This document shows positions 43,728-52,262 of a stretch of DNA of 58,651 nt, one piece after another. Each line of letters opens with the position of its first letter. Within the stretch, counting starts at the first letter, position 1. The DNA comes from Chloroflexota bacterium (GTDB taxonomy: Bacteria > Chloroflexota > Limnocylindria > P2-11E), in NCBI GenBank assembly GCA_028876375.1, contig JAGWSB010000003.1, positions 1 to 58,651 of the forward strand, written 5' to 3'. Under the pieces are notes generated by a model. That model was not told the DNA's origin, did not search any database, and saw only the letters and a list, made by a program, of their open reading frames with translations. The translations under genes were made by a program, and so were the position numbers.

Positions 43728-45038
43728 GTGTATCGGTCGGCGGTCCGCACCCTCCCGCGCGAGCCGCGACGGTCGTCGGGCTTCGCGGCGGTCCTCTCCG
43801 GCATCCTGCCCGGCCTGGGACAGATGTACGGAGCGAGGTGGAAGAGCGGGCTGTTCATGCTCGCGATCCCGTTCGTCGGTCTCGCCCTGTTCGTCGGGCT
43901 CGCGCTGCTCGTCGGTCCGCTCGCGTCGGCGGTCGTACGCCGCGCGACGCTCTTCGTGGTCATCGTCATCGGTGGGCTCTACGCGTTCCACATCGTCATC
44001 GTCGCCGACGCCTTCGCCATCCGGACCGGAGCCGGCGAACGCCGGCGCCCTCTCGACTTCGCGCTCCTCCTCGCGGTCATCCTGGGGCTGTCGCTCGGCT
44101 ACCTCTCCGTCTACCGCCACTCGCAGGCCTGGGCGAACGTCCTCACCGCCGTCTTCGAGCCCGGCGGCCGCACCCTCGGCGCCGGCACGTCGGCGAGCGA
44201 CACGACCGCGCCGGGATGGTCCGGCAGTGAGCGCCTCAACATCCTCGTCCTCGGCGTCGACACGCGCGAGGAGGACCCGCAGAGCTGGAACACCGACACG
44301 ATGATCGTCCTCAGCATCGATCCCATGGGAAAGACCGCCGCGATGCTCTCGATCCCGCGCGACACCCTCGTCGACATCCCCGGTCACGGAAAGGACAAGA
44401 TCAACTCGACGTTCGCGTACGCGGGCTCGATCGCGAAGGGGCCCGACCTCGCGCGCCGCACCGTGTCGCAGTTCCTCGGCATCCCCATCCACGCCTATGC
44501 CGTCATCGACTTCAACGCGTTCCAGCAGACCATCGACGGCGTCGGCGGCGTCCTCGTGGACGTGCAGCGTCCGCTCCGCGACGAGTCGTATCCGGATTGG
44601 GCCTCGGGCGTCGTGCGCATCCAGTTCAACGCCGGCCCGCAGCTCATGGACGGCGCGAACGCCCTGCAGTTCGCCCGCTCGCGCCACGAGAGCAACGACT
44701 TCAGCCGCGCGCAGCGCCAGCAGCAGGTGATCTTCGCGCTCCGTCAGCGCATCGCGCAGCAGGGCCTCTTCCGGCTGCCGTCGGTCATGGAGCGGGTCGG
44801 ACCGCTGGTGCGCACGGACTTCGACCCCGGGAACGTCCTGCCTCTGGCGCGCACGGTCCTCGGCATATCGAGCGCGCGCATCCACAGCGACGTGCTGCTC
44901 CCGTGCGACTCTCCCGGCACCTCGCACTGCGAGCTCACCGAGCAGAACGGGGCGAGCGGGTACTACCTCATCCCGGACGTCGCGAAGGTGCGCGCCTTCA
45001 CCGAGCAGCTCTTCTCGGGGACGGCCTCGGTCGAGTAG
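43728..45038 (+). CDS. LCP (LytR-CpsA-Psr) family protein with N-terminal TM helices
   Basis: RLNILVLGVD, NTDTMIV, SIPRD, KINS, ALQFARSRH, SDFSRAQRQQQ. Confidence 0.9.
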   Translation: MYRSAVRTLPREPRRSSGFAAVLSGILPGLGQMYGARWKSGLFMLAIPFVGLALFVGLALLVGPLASAVVRRATLFVVIVIGGLYAFHIVIVADAFAIRTGAGERRRPLDFALLLAVILGLSLGYLSVYRHSQAWANVLTAVFEPGGRTLGAGTSASDTTAPGWSGSERLNILVLGVDTREEDPQSWNTDTMIVLSIDPMGKTAAMLSIPRDTLVDIPGHGKDKINSTFAYAGSIAKGPDLARRTVSQFLGIPIHAYAVIDFNAFQQTIDGVGGVLVDVQRPLRDESYPDWASGVVRIQFNAGPQLMDGANALQFARSRHESNDFSRAQRQQQVIFALRQRIAQQGLFRLPSVMERVGPLVRTDFDPGNVLPLARTVLGISSARIHSDVLLPCDSPGTSHCELTEQNGASGYYLIPDVAKVRAFTEQLFSGTASVE

Positions 45039-46019
45039 CTAGCCTCGCGCTCCCGCGTACACCGGCGTCACCCACGAGCGATAGCGCGGCTCATCGCCGT
45101 GGACCGCCTTGAAGTACACGTCGCGGATGCGCTTCGTGATCGGTCCGAGCGCTCCGTCGCCGATCGCGCGGTGGTCGATGCTCTCGATGTAGTTCAGCTG
45201 CGTCCCGGTGCCGCAGAGGAACGCCTCGTCGGAGATGTAGAGCTCGGTCCGGTCGACCGTGCGCACCTGGACCGGGATGCCCTCGTCGTGCGCGATGCGC
45301 ATGAGGCTCGAGCGAACGATGCCCTCGAGGATGTTGTCCGTACCCGGAGGCGTGATGAGCGTGCCGTCGCGCACGATGAACAGGTTCTCCGCGCTGCCCT
45401 CGGACACGCTCCCGTCGGCGTTGAGGACGATCGCCTCGTCGTAGCCGGCCTCGACGGCCTCCGTCTTGGCCAGCGCCGCGTTGACGTACGCGCCCGTCAG
45501 CTTGCTGCGCGCGGGGATCGCGTTGTCGTCGGTCCGTCGCCACGACGAGACGCCGCAGCGGACACCGCGGTCGATGTCGAGGTACGTCCCGAAGGGGATG
45601 GCGAACACGGTGAAGGAGTCCTCGAGGTCGTGGAGGCGTACGCCGATGACCTCGCTGCGCTTGAAGGCGATCGGCCGGATGTACGCGTCCTCTTTGTAGC
45701 CCGAGCGCCGCAGCACCTCGAGCGTGATCTCCGACAGCTCGTCCACGCTCTGCGGCAGCGAGATGCGCATGATCCGGCACGACCGGTGGATCCGCTCGAA
45801 GTGCTCGCGCAGGTGGAGCACGTACAGCTGGGTCTCCGCCGCGTTCCAGTAGGCGCGGATCCCTTCGAACACGCCGGTCCCGTAGTTGAACGCGTGGGTC
45901 ATGACGCTGACCTTCGCGTCCTTGAGCGGGACGAACCTCCCGTCGAGGTAGGCCCATGCGCTTTCGGAGGCGGTCCCCTGCTTCGGCCTCGCGGCTGGAC
46001 GCTCGAGCTCCTTGACCAT
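45039..46019 (-). CDS. ilvE: Branched-chain amino acid aminotransferase
   Basis: THAFNYGTGVFEGIRAY, YIRPI, SKLTGAYVN, EGSAENLF, ILEGIVR, FLCGTG. Confidence 0.93.
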   Translation of the reverse strand: MVKELERPAARPKQGTASESAWAYLDGRFVPLKDAKVSVMTHAFNYGTGVFEGIRAYWNAAETQLYVLHLREHFERIHRSCRIMRISLPQSVDELSEITLEVLRRSGYKEDAYIRPIAFKRSEVIGVRLHDLEDSFTVFAIPFGTYLDIDRGVRCGVSSWRRTDDNAIPARSKLTGAYVNAALAKTEAVEAGYDEAIVLNADGSVSEGSAENLFIVRDGTLITPPGTDNILEGIVRSSLMRIAHDEGIPVQVRTVDRTELYISDEAFLCGTGTQLNYIESIDHRAIGDGALGPITKRIRDVYFKAVHGDEPRYRSWVTPVYAGARG

Positions 46020-46149
46020 TCCTCGCTCCTTATACCTGTCCGGTCGCACGGACCGCAGGTCCCGTGCCGCCCTTTTCAGATCGTGACATTAGCGCGTTCC
46101 GAAGGTCCCGAGCCTCTCGACGAATGCTGGAACGGACAGGGCCGAGCAG

Positions 46150-46175
46150 TACCATCCCGCCGGCTGGTCTGACCA
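46150..46175 (+). promoter_or_regulatory. oxlT promoter -10 (TACCAT) and FadR-type operator TGGTCTGACCA
   Basis: TACCAT 46150-46155; TGGT-CTG-ACCA 46165-46175 matches the TGGT-N3-ACCA FadR-subfamily consensus. Confidence 0.7.
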
Positions 46176-46237
46176 AGGCTTCAGGATCCGATGTTCCCCG
46201 GCGATCCGGGGACATACATCCAAAGTGGAGGTTGGGC

Positions 46238-47809
46238 GTGAGTTCCGCGACCACCGCGGCACCCATCAGCGAACGCGAGGACCTGCTTCAGAACCGTTGG
46301 CTCATCCTCGTGGCGGGCATCGTCTGCATGATCGCGATCGCGAACTACCAGTACGGGTGGACGCTCTTCGTGACCCCGCTCCAGAAGGCTCTCCACGCGA
46401 ACAGCGCGGCACCGATCCAGGTCGCGTTCAGCGTCTTCGTGCTCCTCGAAACGTGGCTCGTCCCCTTCGAGGGCTGGCTCGTGGACAAGTTCGGCCCTCG
46501 GAACCTCGTCCTGATCGGCGGCATCCTCGCCGGCGCGGGCTGGTACTTCTCCGGCAGCGCGACGACGCTCACGCAGCTCTACCTGGCATACGCGCTCTCC
46601 GGCGTCGGAGCCGGCATCGTCTACGGAACGTCGGTCGGGAACGGGCTCAAGTGGTTCCCCGACCGCCGCGGGCTGGCCGCGGGCCTCACCGCGATGGGAT
46701 TCGGCGCCGGCGCCGCTCTCACCGTGCTGCCGATCCAGAGCATGATCAGCAGCGCCGGCTATCAGGCGACGTTCCAGCAGTGGGGGATCATGCAAGGGAT
46801 CGTCGTCGTCATCGCCGCGCTCTTCCTCAAGGCACCGCCGAAGGGCTGGCTCCCCCGGACCTGGACGCTCGAGGCGGCCGCCAACGAGGTCCGCAAGCGC
46901 CAGACCGCGCTCGACTTCACGCCGGGCGAGATGGCGGCGACGAAGCAGTTCTGGATCCTCTACGTCATGATGACCTTGGTCGCGACCGGCGGCCTCATGG
47001 CGACCGCTCAGATCGGTCCCATGGCCGCGAGCTTCAAGGTCGACAAGTTCCCCATCTCCTTCCTCTGGATCCAGATGACCGCGCTCACCTTCGCGCTCTC
47101 GGCGAACAACGTCATCAACGGCGTGTGCCGTCCGTTCTGGGGCTGGGTCTCGGACCACATCGGCCGCGAGAGAACGATGTCGCTCGCCTTCGGCCTCGAG
47201 GGCCTGGCGATCACCCTCCTCATCCTCTCGCTCCAGCTCTTCAAGAGCCCCATCCTGTTCGTGGTCATGAGCGCGTTCAGCTTCTTCGGCTGGGCCGAGA
47301 TCTTCTCGCTCTTCCCCGCGACGGCGGGAGACTTCTTCGGCCGCAAGTACGCGACCACGAACTACGGCTTCCTCTACACGGCGAAGGGCACGGCCTCCGT
47401 CTTCGTGCCGATCGGCTCCGCGCTCGCCGCGGGTCAAGCGTTCGACTTCCGCGCCGACGTGCTCTTGCTCATCGGCGCGCTGCTGATCTTCTTCACGATG
47501 TTCCTCGCTCCGACGGCGCTGCGCCTCGCGCTCAGCCCGACCGTCCGTAACGCGCTCTTCGTGGTGGCCGGGGTGTTCCTCCTGTACGGGCTGGCCCTCA
47601 CGGTCGTCCCCACGATGTGGGCGCCGTTCGCGCTCAAGCCGGTCGCGCCGAACGTCGGCTGGGGCGGCGTGTTCGCGGTCGCCGTCGTCTTCGACTGGTG
47701 CGCCGCGATCTTCGCGTTCTTCATCCTGCGCCGGATGGCCATCCCGGCGGCGGGCACGCGGCCGAGCGTCGGCCGGGAGCCCGCGGTGGCGCCCGCGCCC
47801 GCCGACTGA
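46238..47809 (+). CDS. oxlT: Oxalate/formate antiporter family (OFA/OxlT-like) MFS transporter with extra TM hairpin
   Basis: NRWLILVAGIVCMIAIANYQYGWTLF, KWFPDRRGLAAG, NGVCRPFWGWVSDHIGRE, FGRKYATTNYGFLYTAKG; GTG 46238 after SD GGAGG. Confidence 0.82.
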   Translation: MSSATTAAPISEREDLLQNRWLILVAGIVCMIAIANYQYGWTLFVTPLQKALHANSAAPIQVAFSVFVLLETWLVPFEGWLVDKFGPRNLVLIGGILAGAGWYFSGSATTLTQLYLAYALSGVGAGIVYGTSVGNGLKWFPDRRGLAAGLTAMGFGAGAALTVLPIQSMISSAGYQATFQQWGIMQGIVVVIAALFLKAPPKGWLPRTWTLEAAANEVRKRQTALDFTPGEMAATKQFWILYVMMTLVATGGLMATAQIGPMAASFKVDKFPISFLWIQMTALTFALSANNVINGVCRPFWGWVSDHIGRERTMSLAFGLEGLAITLLILSLQLFKSPILFVVMSAFSFFGWAEIFSLFPATAGDFFGRKYATTNYGFLYTAKGTASVFVPIGSALAAGQAFDFRADVLLLIGALLIFFTMFLAPTALRLALSPTVRNALFVVAGVFLLYGLALTVVPTMWAPFALKPVAPNVGWGGVFAVAVVFDWCAAIFAFFILRRMAIPAAGTRPSVGREPAVAPAPAD

Positions 47810-47831
47810 CCTTCGCGCGACCGAAGCGCCT

Positions 47832-47862
47832 CGAAGGGCGGTGGCTGTGCCACCGCCCTTCG
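47832..47862 (+). terminator. GC-rich hairpin after oxlT, probable terminator
   Basis: CGAAGGGCGGTGGC-TGT-GCCACCGCCCTTCG, 14-bp stem, weak U tract. Confidence 0.55.
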
Positions 47863-47886
47863 TCGTTTCCCGCACACTGGCGCGGC

Positions 47887-48975
47887 ATGACCCCGCTCGA
47901 CGTCGTCTTCGTCGTGGGCGCGTTCGCGCTCATCCTCGTCGGAGCCGAGCTCTTCACGGGCGGGATCGAATGGCTGGGCATCAAGCTCGACCTCTCCCAC
48001 GGCGCGACGGGGAGCGTCCTGGCGGCCATCGGCACGGCGACGCCCGAGACGCTCATCCCCATCGTGGCCATCCTCTTCACGCGCAGCGCCGCCGCGGACG
48101 AGATCGGCGTCGGCGCCATCCTCGGAGCGCCCTTCATGCTCGGTACGCTCGTCATGTTCCTCATCGGGCTGACGGCGTACGTGCTCCGCCGCCGGCGGCG
48201 GCGTACGACGCTCCGGATCGACGCCGCGCACGCGTCGCGCGACCTCGCCTTCTTCGTCGTCCTCTACGCGCTCGCTCTCACGCTCGCGCTCCTCCCGCGG
48301 GACCTCCGTTTCCTGAAGGGCTACGTCGGCTGGGTCTTCCTGCCCGCCTACTTCGTGTACCTCTATCTCGTCCTGCGCACGCCCAAGCGGACCACGAAGC
48401 TCGACCGCGAGGAGGAGAAGGAAGAGGAGGAGGCCTTCGAGGACCTCTCCTTCGCCGCCTACCTCCGCCGCCTCGGCGCCAAGGTGCGGACGGGGTCGCC
48501 GCCGCTGTGGCTGATCCTCACCCAGGTGGTCATCTCGTTCGGGGCGATCCTCGTCGGCGCGCGGTTCTTCGCCACGTTCGTCGACGACCTGTCCACGGCG
48601 CTGGGGCTCGACGCGCTCCTCGTCGCGCTGATCCTCGCGCCGCTCGCGACGGAGCTGCCGGAGGCGGCCAACAGCCTCATCTGGACGCGCGAGGGCAAGG
48701 ACGTGATCGCTCTCGGGAACGTCGCGGGCGCGATGGTCTTCCAGTCGACGATCCCCGTCTCGATCGGCGTGCTCCTCACGCCGTGGCAGCTCGGACCCTA
48801 CGGGACGATCGCCGCCGTGTTCGCGCTCCTCTCCGGTGTGGTCGTCTACGCCCAGATCCGGCTGCGCGCGCGCCAGAACTCGCTGCCCCTGTCATCGCTC
48901 ATGATCGGCGGCAGCCTGTACGTCCTTTTCATCGTCTATGTGGTCTGGACGGTGGCGACCGGCCAGACCTCTTGA
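47887..48975 (+). CDS. Sodium/calcium exchanger (CaCA, YrbG-like) family antiporter
   Basis: Two alpha repeats: LAAIGTATPET and LAPLATELPE...GNVAG. Confidence 0.85.
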   Translation: MTPLDVVFVVGAFALILVGAELFTGGIEWLGIKLDLSHGATGSVLAAIGTATPETLIPIVAILFTRSAAADEIGVGAILGAPFMLGTLVMFLIGLTAYVLRRRRRRTTLRIDAAHASRDLAFFVVLYALALTLALLPRDLRFLKGYVGWVFLPAYFVYLYLVLRTPKRTTKLDREEEKEEEEAFEDLSFAAYLRRLGAKVRTGSPPLWLILTQVVISFGAILVGARFFATFVDDLSTALGLDALLVALILAPLATELPEAANSLIWTREGKDVIALGNVAGAMVFQSTIPVSIGVLLTPWQLGPYGTIAAVFALLSGVVVYAQIRLRARQNSLPLSSLMIGGSLYVLFIVYVVWTVATGQTS

Positions 48976-49105
48976 GCGGGACCTCCGGACCATGCGGGAG
49001 CGACCGCTCGACCGGTCCGGCGGCATGCGCCTGAGATAGCATCCGGCGCGGCCTCCCCGACCGACGCTTCCCGGGCAGGCGGGGCCAGAGGGAGGGCATG
49101 CCTTC

Positions 49106-50188
49106 ATGAAGCGTCTCCTCGCGTTCGCACTCATGACCATGACCGTCGCCGCCGCCTGCGGCGGCGGGGCCGGGACCGCGAGCCCGAGCCCCTCGGCGGC
49201 CGCGACCAGCGCGGCACCGAGCAAGACGGCCGCGCCGACGGCGGCGGCCGTCAAGGTCGGCCTCGTCACCGACGTCGGGGGCCTCAACGACAAGAGCTTC
49301 AACGCGCTGGCGAACCAGGGTCGCCTCGACGCCGAGAAGGACCTCAAGGTCCAGACGTCGGTCACCGAATCCAAGAAGCAGGAGGACTACGTCCCGAACC
49401 TGACCAACTACGCGCAGCAGAAGTACGACCTCGTCATCGCCGTCGGCTTCCTCATGACGAACGCCACGTGGAAGGTCGCGAAGCAGTTCCCCGACGTCAA
49501 GTTCGCGATCATCGACGGCGCTCCGGCGAACGACAAGGGCGACACCGAGAACCTGCCGAACGTCGCGAACCTGTTCTTCAAGGAGCAGGAGGCCGGATAC
49601 CTCGTCGGCGTCATCGCCGCGACGATGGCGAAGAACAAGGTGGGCAAAGCGACGCACAACACGGTGTGCTCGATGGGCGGCATCCCCATCCCGCCGGTCG
49701 ATCGCTACATCGCGGGCTACCAGGACGCGGTCAAGACCGTCAGCCCGACGACGACGATCCTCAACGGCTACAGCAATGACTTCGTCGACCAGGCCAAGGG
49801 CAAAGAGGTCGGGCTCAACCACATCAGCAAGAACTGCGACATCCTCTTCCAGGTCGCGGGCGCCAGCGGCCTCGGCTACATCCAGGCCGCGAAGGACAAG
49901 GGCGTCTACGCCATCGGCGTCGACGCCGACCAGGCCTACGTCGCCCCCGGAACGGTGCTCACGAGCGCGCTCAAGCGCGTCAACAAGGCGGTCTACGACA
50001 CCATCAAGGCCGTCGTGAACAAGACCTTCAAGGCCGGCGACAACTCCTTCAACGCGACGAACGACGGCGTCGGCTACGGCACGCTCGACCCGGCGGTCCC
50101 CGCCGACGCGAAGGCCGCCGCCGACAAGGCCCTCGCGGACATCAAGAGCGGGAAGATCACGCCCAAGGACGCGGTCCAGGTCAAGTAA
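49106..50188 (+). CDS. BMP-family ABC substrate-binding lipoprotein (nucleoside-type)
   Basis: Lipobox VAAAC, DVGGLNDKSFN, FKEQEAGYLVG, AGASGLG, IGVDADQ. Confidence 0.92.
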   Translation: MKRLLAFALMTMTVAAACGGGAGTASPSPSAAATSAAPSKTAAPTAAAVKVGLVTDVGGLNDKSFNALANQGRLDAEKDLKVQTSVTESKKQEDYVPNLTNYAQQKYDLVIAVGFLMTNATWKVAKQFPDVKFAIIDGAPANDKGDTENLPNVANLFFKEQEAGYLVGVIAATMAKNKVGKATHNTVCSMGGIPIPPVDRYIAGYQDAVKTVSPTTTILNGYSNDFVDQAKGKEVGLNHISKNCDILFQVAGASGLGYIQAAKDKGVYAIGVDADQAYVAPGTVLTSALKRVNKAVYDTIKAVVNKTFKAGDNSFNATNDGVGYGTLDPAVPADAKAAADKALADIKSGKITPKDAVQVK

Positions 50189-50192
50189 GGCC

Positions 50193-51323
50193 TTGACCGT
50201 CCACGCACAGACGTCACCGACGGGGCCGCCAGCGGCCCCGTCGGTGCGTCAACCGAGCTTCGACTGGACGCAGGGTCCCGCGATCCCGGTGGTGTCGGTC
50301 CTATTCGCGCTCGTGCTCGGCGGCCTCTTCGTGTGGATCAGCGGGCACGACCCCATCCAGGCGTACGCGGCGCTCTTCCGCGGCGCGTTCGGCAGTCCCT
50401 ACGACGTCAGCGAGACGCTCGTCATCGCCGTTCCCCTCCTGCTCGCCGGCCTCTCCGTCGCCGTCGCGTTCCGCGCCGGGCTCTTCAACATCGGCGCGCA
50501 GGGGCAGCTCCTCGTCGGCGCGGTCGCCGCGGGCTGGGTCGGCGCGCTGTGGCCCGACCTTCCCGGGATCCTCCTCCTCCCGCTCACCCTCGCCGCGGGC
50601 GTTCTCGGCGGCGCGGCCTACGGCGGGATAGCCGGGTGGCTGAAGGCCGCGCGCGGGGTGAACGAGGTGATCACGACGATCATGCAGAACTACACCATCG
50701 TCTTCGTCATGCACTGGCTGCTCCAGAACGGTCCGATGCAGGCGCCGAACGCGTTCGGCACGCCGGCGTCGGCGCCGATCGGCGCCGGCGCGATCCTCCC
50801 GATCGTCCTCCCCGACTTCCTCGTCCCCTCGTCGCGCCTCCACGCGGGGATCGTCCTCGCGCTCCTGGCGACGCTCGGCTTCTGGTTCCTGCTCTGGCGG
50901 ACCTCGCTCGGGTACGAGCTGCGCGCGGTGGGGCTCGGGATGCGCGCGGCGGCGCAGGCGGGGATCGACCCGCGGAAGCGGATGGTGATCGTGATGGCCA
51001 TCGCCGGCGGCTTCGCCGGCCTCGCGGGCATGATCCAGGTGAGCGGGCTCTTCCACCGCGTGTACGACGGGTTCTCCGCGGGCTTCGGCTTCGACGCCAT
51101 CGCGGTCGCGCTCCTCGGCAAGAACACCCCGGTGGGCGTCCTGCTCTCGGCGCTCCTCTTCGCCGCCTTCTCGCGCGGCGGGACGCTCATGCAGTCCGAC
51201 GCCGAGATCTCGTCCCACCTCGTCGAGATCGTCGAGGCCCTCGTGCTGTTCGTCATCGCCGCCGAGACCGTCGTGCGCGCCGTCGCGCGGCGCTGGGGCC
51301 GACCCGTCAAGGCGGCGAGCTAG
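50193..51323 (+). CDS. Nucleoside ABC transporter permease 1
   Basis: AFRAGLFNIGAQGQ, GVNEVITTIM, GFDAIAVALLG. Confidence 0.9.
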   Translation: MTVHAQTSPTGPPAAPSVRQPSFDWTQGPAIPVVSVLFALVLGGLFVWISGHDPIQAYAALFRGAFGSPYDVSETLVIAVPLLLAGLSVAVAFRAGLFNIGAQGQLLVGAVAAGWVGALWPDLPGILLLPLTLAAGVLGGAAYGGIAGWLKAARGVNEVITTIMQNYTIVFVMHWLLQNGPMQAPNAFGTPASAPIGAGAILPIVLPDFLVPSSRLHAGIVLALLATLGFWFLLWRTSLGYELRAVGLGMRAAAQAGIDPRKRMVIVMAIAGGFAGLAGMIQVSGLFHRVYDGFSAGFGFDAIAVALLGKNTPVGVLLSALLFAAFSRGGTLMQSDAEISSHLVEIVEALVLFVIAAETVVRAVARRWGRPVKAAS

Positions 51324-52262
51324 GTGGAGGTCCTCATCGGCGCGGGCGTCCTCGCCGCGACCATCCGCCTCGCCACGCCCGTCGCCCTCGCCGCGCTGGG
51401 CGGCGTCGTCACCGAGCGCTCCGGCGTCGTGAACATCGCGCTCGAGGGCTGCATGCTCGTCGGCGCCTTCTTCGGCGTGTTCGCCGCCGACAAGACCGGC
51501 AGCCTCCCCGCGGCGCTCGCGGTCGCGATCCTCGCGGGCCTCGCGCTCGCGGCGATGCACGCCGTCGCCGCGATCACGTTCCGCGCCGACCAGATCGTGA
51601 GCGGCATGGCGCTCAACATCCTGGCGCTCGGGCTCACCTCCTACCTCGACTACCAGCTGTACAGCAGCACCGGGACGCCGCCGACGATCCCGCTCGTGCC
51701 CAACGTCCACCTCGGCTTCCTGGAGAAGGTGCCCGTCCTCGGCGGCGCGGTCGGCGACCAGAGCGCGATCGTGTGGGTGACGCTCGCGATCGTCGTGTTC
51801 CTCCAGCTCTTCCTCTTCCGCACCGTCCCCGGCCTGCGCCTGCGCTCGGTCGGGGAGCACCCGCGGGCGGCCGACACGCTCGGCATCGACGTCCGCCGCA
51901 CGCGCTACTGGGCCGTCCTCGCGTCGGGCGCGCTCGCCGCGCTCGGCGGGGTGTACCTCTCGCTCTCGGTCGCCGGCTCCTTCAGCGACAACATGACGAA
52001 CGGCAAGGGGTTCATCGGGCTGGCCGCGATGATCTTCGGACGCTGGACGCCGCTCGGCGCTCTCGGCGCCGCGCTCGTCTTCGGCTACGGCGACGCGCTC
52101 TCCGTCTCGCTCCAGGGTGTCGAGGTCGCGGGCTTCGTCTTCCCCGTGCAGCTCCTCTCGACCATCCCCTATCTGCTCACCATCCTCGCCGTCGCCGGCT
52201 TCGTCGGCAGGTCGCGGATGCCGGCCGCCGACGGCCAGCCGTACGAGAGCGAAGGGCACTGA
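51324..52262 (+). CDS. Nucleoside ABC transporter permease 2
   Basis: ERSGVVNIALEG, GLRLRSVGEHP, GKGFIGLAAMIFGRW, TIPYLLT. Confidence 0.92.
   Translation: MEVLIGAGVLAATIRLATPVALAALGGVVTERSGVVNIALEGCMLVGAFFGVFAADKTGSLPAALAVAILAGLALAAMHAVAAITFRADQIVSGMALNILALGLTSYLDYQLYSSTGTPPTIPLVPNVHLGFLEKVPVLGGAVGDQSAIVWVTLAIVVFLQLFLFRTVPGLRLRSVGEHPRAADTLGIDVRRTRYWAVLASGALAALGGVYLSLSVAGSFSDNMTNGKGFIGLAAMIFGRWTPLGALGAALVFGYGDALSVSLQGVEVAGFVFPVQLLSTIPYLLTILAVAGFVGRSRMPAADGQPYESEGH

Noticed and set aside
46191-46215. Hairpin in the oxlT 5' UTR as a riboswitch
   Set aside because: A single stem-loop that does not cover the SD and matches no aptamer I recognise
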